Positions 1-9,436 of a stretch of 33,394 nt of DNA are shown here, one piece after another. Position numbers and translations under genes: made by a program. The notes below the pieces were generated by a model. The model saw only the letters and a program-made list of their open reading frames with translations. It searched no databases and was not told the origin of the DNA. How positions within the stretch are numbered: position 1 is the first letter of the stretch; every line of letters begins with the position of its first letter. The DNA comes from Octopus sinensis (taxonomy: Eukaryota): positions 1-33,394 of the forward strand of contig NW_021832105.1 of NCBI RefSeq assembly GCF_006345805.1, given 5' to 3'.

Positions 1-351
1 TATATATATATATAGCTACAACATATTCTTTATCTATCTCCTTAACTTTTTGGAGATTTTACGTATAATAATTATACTAATGTCCATCCGTTCTAATTTA
101 ATTAAATTCTATGTCTTTTTGCAGCTGAAGATTGCCCTACATTTTAAACTTATGTAATGATTGCATTGTTCAATTAAATGGAGTTCGATGAAACGATCGT
201 ACTGCATTACCTATGGATGTCCTTGTTGCATACTTTAATTTTAATCACCTTATATTGAAATTTTATGGATAATACCGTACAAAATTCTGGTGACTCAACT
301 TGAGTACCTTATTCATCTGAACCTATCTATCTACCTATCTAATATACATAT

Positions 352-689
352 ATTGCGGAGTCCCCCTTCGGTCATGACTGTCCGTGGGATTGCAGCTAGG
401 ATGTTACCCTCCCAGGCACAAGTCCGGCAAAGTTGTTTATGGAAGACCAGCAGTCGCCCATGCACACCGGCCTCCCCTCTCCACGCCACCAGTGTTATCC
501 AAGGGAACGGCAAAGGGGCCGATACAGCTTGGCACCTGTGACGTCGCAACTCATTTCTACAGCTAAGTGAACTGGAGCAACTTGAAATAAAGTGTCTTGC
601 TCAAGAAATGAACACGCAGCCCGCTCTGGGATTCGAACTCACAACTTTAAGATTGTAAGCTCGACGCTCAAACCACTGAGCCATGCGCC
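352..689 (-). mobile_element. tRNA-derived SINE, family C (CORE-like central domain), near full length
   Basis: Minus strand begins GGCGCATGGCTCAGTGG (Pol III A box), then GTTCGAATCCC (B box), then TTCTTGAGCAAGACACTTTATTTCAAGTTGCTCCAG, which resembles the CORE-SINE domain (recalled). The 5' end lies a few bases from a (TA)n tract. Confidence 0.8.
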
Positions 690-693
690 TTCA

Positions 694-808
694 TATATAT
701 ATATATATATATATATATACTCACAAACATATATTTATATGTATGCACACACACGCGCGCGCGCGCGCATACACATACACACACACACACATATACACAC
801 TCACACAC
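694..808. repeat. Compound (TA)n/(CA)n microsatellite with (CG)7 core
   Basis: Read directly; (CG)7 at 754-767. Confidence 0.95.
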
Positions 809-814
809 AGGTGC

Positions 815-1022
815 AAACTGCAATTTCTTTCAGTGAACAGATAGCGGTTTCAAAGCGACGAAAATATTTTGACAAATTAAATGTAAATGTTAAAGTGAAA
901 CTAGCGATCTTCGTGCATGTTTTTAAATGGCTTATAAACACCTTCAACGCTACAATTGTTTTCGTTCCAGCACACGATCTCAACTCAGGACACTTGCTAC
1001 GCAAGTACATCTCCGTGATATA
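815..1022. mobile_element. Unclassified interspersed repeat, family E, copy 1
   Basis: Shares CAGTGAACAG..TCAAAGCGACGAAAATATTTTG..CAATTGTTTTCGTTCCAGCACACGATCTC..GCAAGTACATCTCCGT with 17985-18177. Confidence 0.75.
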
Positions 1023-1109
1023 TGGGACCACATGAACCTCAGAAATGATAATATACATTAAGGAAAATATTCCTGAGTGCCTAAGCTTATTGCAGTTGTT
1101 GTCGATGGC

Positions 1110-1318
1110 TCTTTTATCATCATCATCGACATCATCGGCATCATCATTATCAACTTCATCATCTTGTGCAGCACCAACAGCGTCCCATTTTACCACTGGC
1201 GCCAAAATCACTACCATCACCATCATTATTGAATTTCATTACACGTCTTCTCCAGTTCTCACTCCATCTGGCACTCTACCTCCTCCTCCCAACCTCTTTT
1301 TTCCTCTATATCATCACC

Positions 1319-1367
<49 letters not shown>

Positions 1368-1369
1368 CC

Positions 1370-1403
<34 letters not shown>

Positions 1404-1407
1404 TCAA

Positions 1408-1456
<49 letters not shown>

Positions 1457-1840
1457 TCATCATCTTCATCATCATCATCATCATCGTCATTATTGTCATT
1501 ATCGTCATGGACGACCTCCTCATCGCCATCTTCATAGCCATCGCATGTGTTACCAGCGTCATCGCCGCAATCATCATCATCATCATTAATATCATCACCA
1601 TCATCATCATCATCACCATCAGCATCAGCAACAACAGCAGCATCAACATCAGCATCATCATCATAGTAATCATCGTCGTCGTCGTCATGGTCGTCTTTCT
1701 TATCGTCATCATCATCATCATCATCATCGTTATCATTTTCATGGAAGGTTTCCTTTTCACCATCATCATAACCGTCGCACGTATTACCAGCATCATCATC
1801 GTTGTCATCCCCATCATCGTCATAATCATCATCATGATCG

Positions 1841-1884
<44 letters not shown>

Positions 1885-1929
1885 GTCATCATCATCATCA
1901 TCATCATCGTCGTCGTCATCATCATCATC

Positions 1930-1960
<31 letters not shown>

Positions 1961-2070
1961 TCATCATCATCATCGTCGTCATCATCATCATTATCATCGT
2001 CATCATCATCATCATCGTCATCATCATCATCATCATCGTCGTCGTCATCATCATCATCATCATCATCATC

Positions 2071-2101
<31 letters not shown>

Positions 2102-2270
2102 TCATCATCGTCATCATCATCATCGACATCAGCATTATCATTATTATCACCATGTTCTTCATCTTTATTATTGCCATCGACATTCTCATCATCATCCTCA
2201 TCTCCCCACCACCACCAACCACCACCACCACCACCACCACCACCACCATCGTCATCACAGTCACCGCCGG
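1110..2270. repeat. Long degenerate (CAT)n/(CAC)n/(CGT)n trinucleotide block
   Basis: Read directly; source of the poly-H, poly-I, poly-D and poly-M pseudo-ORFs. Confidence 0.95.
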
Positions 2271-2961
2271 CATCCCCCCTTGCTTTCTCCACACTCCGTC
2301 TGTCCTATCTAAAACGTCCGCCTTTTGTACGCATTGTTTTCCTGTAGAGCGGTAGCACACACGTCTGAATGGCCAAGAAGAATGCCGAAGCGTTAGTAGT
2401 TATGGTATCGCAAAAGCCCAGATACTGCTGCATCCACTCATTCTGGTACTTAGCCTTTTTAACTCGGTTCCGCCTACCCTCCGTTCCGTACAGTCCTCAT
2501 CAACGAAAACCGCCGACATTCAAAAATCTTCAAAACCACAAAAACCGCAAAAACACAGGAACACACGAAGCAGAGCAACATAAAAGCACATAAAAAATAT
2601 ACACACGCGCATATATACACATATGCACACATACGCATATACACACTGGCGAGCGTCTACGTGTGTACAGCAGATCTGTATGAGCATGTACATGCGAAAG
2701 GAGTTGTGGCGACGAAGAGTTTTTCTATATTTGTTTATATACATTTACGCTCACATAACTCATAACACATGACACGCACACACATCCACATATAGACACA
2801 CACACACACGCAAAGGCGCATATACAAACATGAATATGTGATAATAGTATGTGTATGCCTACGTGTTTTCGCGTATACAGTCACATACATGTATTTATAG
2901 AGGTGCAAATATCTCCCACCCTCTCTCTCTCTGTATATATATATGTATATGTATGTATATA

Positions 2962-3350
2962 TACTCTTTTATACTCTTTTACTCTTTTACTTGTTTCAGT
3001 CATTTGACTGCGGCCATGCTGGAGCACCGCCTTTAGTCGAGCAAATTGACCCCGGGACTGTAAGCCCAGTACTTATTCTATCGGTCTCTTTTGCCGAACC
3101 GCTAGGTGACGGGGGACGTAAACACACCATCATCGGTTGTCAAGCAATGCTAGGGGGACAAACACAGACACACAAACATATACACACACACAGGCTTCTT
3201 TCAGTTTCCGTCTACCAAATGCACTCACAAGGCATTGGTCGGCCCGGGGCTATAGCAGAAGACACTTGCCCAAGATGCCACGCAGTGGGAATGAACCCGG
3301 AAACATGTGGTTGGTTAGCAATCTACTTACCACACAGCCACTCCTGCGCC
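2962..3350 (-). mobile_element. tRNA-derived SINE, family B (CORE-like), full length
   Basis: Minus strand: GGAGTGGCTGTGTGGTAAG (A box), GGGTTCATTCCC (B-box-like), CTTGGGCAAGTGTCTTCT (CORE-like), internal (TG)n, and a 3' tail of TAAAAGAG short repeats. Homologous to 4469-4849 and 13750-14140. Confidence 0.85.
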
Positions 3351-3370
3351 TATATATATATATATATATA

Positions 3371-3499
3371 CTGCTTCCCATCCACATGGTTCCGGGTCCG
3401 TGGCATGCTTGGGCTCGTGTCTTCTAGTATAGCCACGTTACGACCAAAGCCTTGTGAGGGGATTGTAGGACGGAAACTGAAAGAAGCCCGACGTGTGGG
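3371..3499 (+). mobile_element. SINE family B, 5' fragment, inverted relative to the adjacent copy
   Basis: CCACATGGTTCCGGG..GTGTCTTCTAGTATAGCC..GACCAAAGCCTTGTGAG..GACGGAAACTGAAAGAAGCC is the reverse complement of about 3205-3325. Confidence 0.8.
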
Positions 3500-3510
3500 T
3501 ATATATATAT

Positions 3511-3546
<36 letters not shown>

Positions 3547-3690
3547 ACGGGAGCCTTTATGAAAATAAACAAAAGACGAAGGCAGGTGGAATACAAACAA
3601 TCAATTGTATTAGTATGGCGCTCAGGAATATAAATAAAACAAGTCTTTTACGTTTCGAGCCTACGCTCTTCAACAGAAAGATACACAGAA
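3547..3690 (-). mobile_element. Short repeat carrying a hammerhead-like motif (probable Penelope-like element terminal fragment), copy 1
   Basis: Shares TACAAA..TGTATT..GGCGCTCAGGAA..ACGTTTCGA..CTT..CAGAAA with 20342-20495 and starts at the end of a (TA)n tract. The Penelope assignment is inferred from the motif. Confidence 0.55.
3644..3681 (-). ncRNA. Minimal type I hammerhead-ribozyme-like motif (variant core)
   Basis: Minus strand: TCTTT-CTGTTGA-A-GAGC(GTAG)GCTC-GAAA-CGTA-AAAGA. Stem I is 5 bp, stem II is 4 bp, ACGT is a palindromic stem III and the cleavage triplet is GUA. The core has U where the consensus has A6. Confidence 0.5.
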
Positions 3691-3757
3691 AAAAAAAACG
3701 GAAAAAAAACAAGGAGAGAAAAAAAATGCGTGCAGAAGCTAGCGAATCAACATGGCA

Positions 3758-3853
<96 letters not shown>

Positions 3854-3860
3854 ATAGATA
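3758..3860. repeat. (GATA)n tetranucleotide microsatellite
   Basis: Read directly; more than 20 near-perfect units. Confidence 0.97.
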
Positions 3861-4468
3861 GAGAGTGGGTGAGAGAGAGAGAGGGAGAGAGCAATAAGAA
3901 AATAGAGTGGTCAATAAATAGTATTCATCAACTTTTAGACATTATATTAGGTCAATTTCTTTATTTACTAAAGGGACAATTACAACAATATACATACATA
4001 TATAACATATTATGCTTTACACATATAATATATAAAGATACCAGTAATTATTGAAATATATAACATTCAGGAATAGAAATTTGGAAAATGCCTTACAGCT
4101 GTTTCCGCCAAGAGACAAATACCTCAACTCATTCTACTTTTATCCCTCTAGGAGACTGAAGTAATTAGTATATATATAGATATATATATATATATATAGA
4201 TATATATATTATATATATATATTTAGTGAGGGAAGAATGGAGCTGAACGAAGATTTTACAAATTTCCTTTTATTATTTCTTTCTACTTCAATTACCCGCA
4301 CTAAGGCACGGTTGCGATACCCCATGGTCGTAACCTCAACCGTGATTCGTTGTGATTTTTGCTACCCAGATATCGGTTATAATTTGAATAATCCGTAACA
4401 AGATAATTCATTTATCCATTTCATTAAATATATATATATATATAATATACTATACATATACATATACA

Positions 4469-4849
4469 TACTCTTTTACTTCTTTCAGTCATTTGACTGC
4501 GGAAATGCTGGAGCAACCGCCTTTAATCGAGCAACTCGACCCCGGACTTATTCTTTGTAAGCCCAGTTTTATTTATTTTATCGGTCTCTTTTTGCCGAAC
4601 GCTATTGACGGGGACATAAACACACCATCATCGGTTGTCCAAGCGATGCTAGGGGAACAAACAAGACACACACAACACACCCACCTACATATATATATAT
4701 ATATATACCATATCACGACGACTTCATTCAGTTTCCGCCAACCAAATCCACTCACAAGGCTTTTGGTCGGCCCGAGACTATTGTAGAAGACACTTCCCCG
4801 AGGTGCCACGCAGTGGGACTGAACCCAGAACCATGTGGTTGGTAAACAA
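4469..4849 (-). mobile_element. SINE family B, 5'-truncated copy (A box missing)
   Basis: Colinear with 2962-3325, including the TACTCTTTTACT tail and internal microsatellite; B box GGGTTCAGTCCC on the minus strand. Confidence 0.85.
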
Positions 4850-4871
4850 TGTCTGTGATTGACCAGTACCA

Positions 4872-4933
4872 CCGTCGCTTCACAAACGATGCTCGTGTGT
4901 TTACGTCCAGGTAACCTAGCGGTTCGGCAAAAA
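4872..4933 (+). mobile_element. SINE family B internal fragment in opposite orientation
   Basis: CGATGCTCGTGTGTTTACGTCC..TAGCGGTTCGGCAAAAA is the reverse complement of about 4586-4650. Confidence 0.7.
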
Positions 4934-5444
4934 TTTCCGGCCTCAGTGCGCCAAATGAAGACATTCGAAAAATACACCCAAATATAATTTGTACAACTTT
5001 ATACATGCTCGATTTCGGTTCAGCGTTCTGTATCTAGTTCTTGAAATTGTGTTTTGTAAACGACAGACTACGCTGACGATCTTCCAGATATCTGCGTGTT
5101 TGCATACGTTGATATTAACAAATGAAACCATTTGTACGTAAATATTCGTTTTTTTTATTTCGTATATTTTCATTCGTCTTGCTCATTTTTACATTTTGTC
5201 GTTTTTGCTGAGATTTTTCTGTAGAAAACATTCTTCGTGGTAATGACGATTTGACGTCTATGTTTAGAATATTAGCTGTCTACTTTAGTGGTCATTCTTC
5301 GGATTTTTTTAAATATGCTAAACCACTGGTTTTAATTCATTAATATCAATTTCTACCCTTGTTATCTAATTTTATATATATATGTATACACACACATATA
5401 TATGCATATATATATATATATATGTTATACAAATAATATATAGA

Positions 5445-5489
<45 letters not shown>

Positions 5490-6159
5490 ATATTATATAT
5501 ATATAATATATATAGATATCGCGGTATTTGCATTACCTTCCGCTAACGACGATGTTCATGCGGTTTCTTCACTGAATCACTTATTAATTTATTTTATCAA
5601 TATTTCTTTCCATAACATCTTCTCACCACCCCTCTACATAATATTAAGGCGGGGAAACTGAAAGGGGGAATTTATTCCATAAAGAGAGAAGGAAAGCAGA
5701 AAAATGAGAAAGAAATTCTACTTCATAAGCACACATATACACACAACATTGAGCACACACACACTCACATGCATATAAACACACATAAACTCATATTATA
5801 TATATAAACACATACACATATAGAAAAATACAAATATCCACACAGCAGCGTATTTATTTGCCTATCTTCATTAGATCTTAATTCTTCACATGATAAAAGA
5901 AAAAAAATTAAAAGACCCAGAATGAGAGGAAAGAAAGAAAGAAGGAAAGAAGAAAAGAAAGAAAGAAAGAGCGCAGTTGAGAGGAGTAGAAAGAAGGAAA
6001 GACGCAAGAAAGATTTCTGGCAAGGCGGAGAAATAAAGATATGAAAATCTTAGGAGGTGCATATGATGAAGAGGTCAGCCGTGTCATATCTGGCCACAGG
6101 AGATAATTGAACCCCTATAGTCATTGCTGTCGCTTTTTCGGTTGATGATGTTGCTGTTG

Positions 6160-6161
6160 CG

Positions 6162-6216
<55 letters not shown>

Positions 6217-6380
6217 ATTATTATTATTATTATCATTATTATTAATATTATATTATTATTATTATTATTCATTATCACTAATATTATTATTATTATTTCT
6301 ATTATTATCACTACTACTACTACTACTACTACTACTATTATTGTTATTATCCTCATCACCATATATTATTATTATTGTTA

Positions 6381-6411
<31 letters not shown>

Positions 6412-6443
6412 CATTATTATCATTGTTATTACTATTATTATCA

Positions 6444-6477
<34 letters not shown>

Positions 6478-6605
6478 CGTCATTGTTGTTGTTGTTGCTG
6501 TTGGTGGTGCTGGTGGTGCTTCTGCTTCTCCTGCTGTTGTTGTGCTTCTTCTTAATAGTATTTCAAACAAACATGAGAAATTATTACGAATATTATTATT
6601 ATTAT
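6160..6605. repeat. Compound (ATT)n/(ACT)n/(GTT)n/(GCT)n block
   Basis: Read directly. Confidence 0.95.
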
Positions 6606-6757
6606 TATTGTTCGCTGTAGTTCTCATTTATGCGCTCTCGTTCTTGAAATTTGTAAGAATAAAAAGAAAACCCGAAAGTGGGCGATGCAAGGACAGAAAT
6701 ATAGAAACAAATGAGTGAAAGACAGTGATATAATGTATGTGAGCTTACATAAACAAT

Positions 6758-6759
<2 letters not shown>

Positions 6760-6799
<40 letters not shown>

Positions 6800-6850
6800 A
6801 CACACACATACACAAACACACACACACACAAGCACACACACACACACGCA
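6760..6850. repeat. (CA)n microsatellite
   Basis: Read directly. Confidence 0.95.
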
Positions 6851-6874
6851 TGCACATAGATTTACAAACCTATA

Positions 6875-7089
6875 TATGAGGTGGTATGTAAAGGCTCCCG
6901 GAATAGTTATGTTTAATATAAAATAACTTCTTTACCTAAATTTTAACATCATCTCTTTCAAAATAGTCACCTTGCGCAGCAATACACCAGTGCCAGCGCT
7001 CCTTCACTTTTTGGGAATCTGACCTGGAAGGCGTTTTCTGTAAGCGACACAGGAACCTTCTGCGATTCGCACTGTATCTCAAGAACGGT
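6875..7089 (-). mobile_element. Mariner (Tc1/mariner) DNA transposon, 3' terminal fragment with TIR
   Basis: TA followed by TGAGGTGGTATGTAAAGGCTCCCGGAA (6877-6903) fits a mariner-type TA+YGAGG TIR and lies about 30 bp beyond the transposase stop. The inner end is cut by a (TG)/(TA)/(GA) tract. Confidence 0.8.
6936..7089 (-). pseudogene. Mariner transposase C-terminus, frameshifted
   Basis: One frame gives TVLEIQCESQKVPVSLTENAFQVRFPK; after a +1 shift in an A run the next gives VKERWHWCIAAQGDYFERDDVKI*. This matches the recalled mariner C-terminal pattern F..W.ERW..CIAAQGDYFE. Confidence 0.8.
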
Positions 7090-7203
7090 GTGCGTGTGTG
7101 TGTCTGTATATATATATATATATATATATCAAGAGAGAGAGAGAGAGACACAGAAGAGAGAGAGAGAGACAGAGAGAGAGAGACAGACAGACAACCAGAG
7201 CAG

Positions 7204-7335
7204 CTGGCGAGCTGCCACACTCGTTAGTACGCTGAACAAAAGTGCTAAGCGACATTTGGTTCCTCTTACGTTCTATGCAAATTTCACCAGATTGGTTTTT
7301 GCCTTTCATCATCGTCATGTACAAGTAAAAAAACC
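7204..7335 (+). mobile_element. SINE family A, old degraded copy
   Basis: GGCGAGCTG..CGTTAGTACGC..TTACGTTCT..TTTGCCTTTCATC aligns by eye with 7999-8130. Confidence 0.55.
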
Positions 7336-7883
7336 AGAGATCAAGATATTCGGCAGACAAATAATGTCACCAGAAAGTCAACCAACGAGAGCGAAAAACA
7401 CAAAAGTATGTGACCAAAACATCCATAAACCAAGTGACATTAAGGTAGCCAGCCTGTCAAAATACTAGACATTCGACGGACAGAAACAAGTGACGTCATC
7501 AAAATTACAACCAATCAGAACTTATTCCTTTACATTAAATACATACACGCACAAACACACAAAGCAATTTTAACTTAAGATACATAAAACTCTTACCAGC
7601 TAAACCAGGAATAACACATGTACCTTTATGCAATAATACAGAAGTTGTAAATAGAAACGCATTACGCGTTCCCTTTCTCTTTTTAAGATCTTATCTAATT
7701 ATTAATATATGCATATTTTCCTGAATTAACCCTTGTAACTTTAACTTCCCTTAAAGGTTTCATTATTGTCGAAGCCGGTTTCGCATTTTTACAAATCCCT
7801 TACGAAATTTGAAACCGATTGCATGTTTTACGACTCAGGCCCATTCTCAAACTGCAAAACAAATTCTATTTTCTCTCCTCTCT

Positions 7884-7914
<31 letters not shown>

Positions 7915-7998
7915 CACGCACATACACACACACACATACATACATAATACATACATACATACATACATACATACATACATACACATATATATATATAA

Positions 7999-8228
7999 GG
8001 CGGCGAGCTGGCAGAAACGTTAGCACGCCGGGCGAAATGCGTAGCCGTATTTCGTCTGCCGTTACATTCTGAGTTCAAATTCCGCCGAGGTCGACTTTGC
8101 TTTTCATCCTTTCGGGGTCGATAAATAAAGTACCAATTACGTACTGGGGTCGATGTAATCGACTTAATCCGTTTGTCTGTCCTTGTTTGTCCCCTCTATG
8201 TTTAGCCCCTTGTGGGTAGTAAAGAAAT
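7999..8228 (+). mobile_element. tRNA-derived SINE, family A, young monomer (tail type 1)
   Basis: GGCGGCGAGCTGGCAGAA (A box), GAGTTCAAATTCC (B box), GAGGTCGACTTTGC..CATCCTTTCGGGGTCGAT domain. Nearly identical to 32767-32994; (TA)n on both sides. Confidence 0.9.
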
Positions 8229-8293
8229 ATATATATATATATATATATATGGTGGGCAGAATTACTGAAATTTTGAGGCAGTGTTTTCGTCAC

Positions 8294-8460
8294 TTACATC
8301 GATCCCAGTTCTAAACTGGTACTCGTTTCCAGCTATCTCCGAAGATTGAATATCAAATTCAACGTCGTCGGAATTTAAACTCGGAATGGGAGGACGGACG
8401 GATGGATGGAATACGGCTGAGCATTGTGTTCGGTTTACGAACGATTCAGTTTACTCGTCG
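8294..8460 (-). mobile_element. SINE family A, degraded copy
   Basis: TTACATCGATCCCAGT..CTGGTACT and GGAATTTAAACTC match the reverse complement of family A. Confidence 0.6.
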
Positions 8461-8484
8461 TGATAGAAATAGAAATAACATGCG

Positions 8485-8686
8485 CAAATCTCCGCCAAGG
8501 CAACACCAACGTCCTCTCAACGACTAGTCAGAAATAATTTTTAAAATGAGAATACCACAAACGAGAATACATCTCTGAAATTTTCATCCAAATCCATCCA
8601 CCGGTTCTTGGGATTTCTTGTCCACGGACAAACAAATAAACACGACTGAAAACAATACCTCCGCCTTCGCTCAGACGGAGGTAATT
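8485..8686. mobile_element. Small non-autonomous element with sub-terminal inverted repeats and a terminal hairpin (unclassified)
   Basis: CTCCGCC at 8490-8496; TACCTCCG (8656-8663) and CGGAGGTA (8676-8683) form an 8-bp hairpin; internal AAATTTTCATCCAAATCC and GGACAAACAAATAAAC. Confidence 0.5.
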
Positions 8687-8695
8687 ATAACGGAT

Positions 8696-8888
8696 TCAAA
8701 TTTTTGCACAAGGGCAGTAGGCACAGAGAAGGGAAAGTCGATTATATTGACTTCAATGCTCAAATGGTACCTACTTCATCGGCCTTGAGAAGTTTAATAG
8801 TAAAGTCGAACTCTGCGGAATTTGGACTTAGGGCGTAAAGACGGAAAAAAACGCCGCTAAGCATTATATCTGGTTGGCTAACACCGCC
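8696..8888 (-). mobile_element. SINE family A, degraded copy (tail type 2)
   Basis: TTCAAATTTTTGCACAAGG (reverse complement of tail 2), AAGTCGATTATATTGAC, TAAAGTCGAAC..GCGGAATTTGGACT, GCTAAGCATT. Confidence 0.6.
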
Positions 8889-9047
8889 ATGATCATAAAA
8901 ATAAGAGTGACATATAATGGGTCTTGGACAGGAATTCTTGAGTATGAGAGTTCAGTTGTTAGATCAAGTGAACTACCTGCTTTATGGAATTTGCCCGCAT
9001 GTGACCAAAAATTTACTTTCCGTAATTTGATATAATTCTCGAATAAC

Positions 9048-9409
9048 GCGGCGAGCTGGCAGAAACGTTAGGACGCCTGGTGAAATGCTTAGTGGTATTT
9101 TGTCTGCCGTTACGTTCTGAGTTCAAATTCCGCCGAGGTCGATTTTGCCTTTCATCCTTTCAGGGTCGATTAAATAAGTACCAATTGTCTGTCCTTGTTT
9201 GTCTCCTCTGTGTTTAGCCCCTTGTGGATAGTAAAGAAATAGGTATTTCGTCTATCGTTCCATTCTGAGTTCAAATTCCGCCGAGGTTGACTTTGCCTTT
9301 CATCTTTCCGTGGTCGATAAATCAAATACCAGTTGCGAACTGGGAACGCTTTAATCGACTAGGCCCCTCCCCGAAAATTTCGGGCCTTTTGACTTGAGTA
9401 GAAAAGAAT
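9048..9409 (+). mobile_element. SINE family A, two-unit composite ending in tail type 2
   Basis: Head, then unit 1 with a 36-bp deletion, then AAAGAAATAGGTATTTCG junction, then unit 2 with a second B box, then CCCCTCCCCGAAAATTTCGGGCC..GTAGAAAAGAAT tail. Confidence 0.88.
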
Positions 9410-9436
9410 ATAATTATTAAGCAATATAATTATCAA

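Noticed and set aside
1045-2360. Long ORFs of 436, 328 and 302 aa (poly-H/I, poly-D, poly-M)
   Set aside because: Produced by the CAT/ATC repeat, which has no stops in several frames; no domain-like sequence.
2400-2450. Minus-strand D-x5-AS-x3-L pattern like aminergic GPCR TM3
   Set aside because: Lacks the upstream conserved Cys and the downstream DRY motif; probably coincidental.
4307-4344. CACGGTTG/CAACCGTG 8-bp inverted repeat, possibly a decayed hammerhead or element end
   Set aside because: No CUGANGA or GAAA core on either strand; a single short hairpin is expected by chance.
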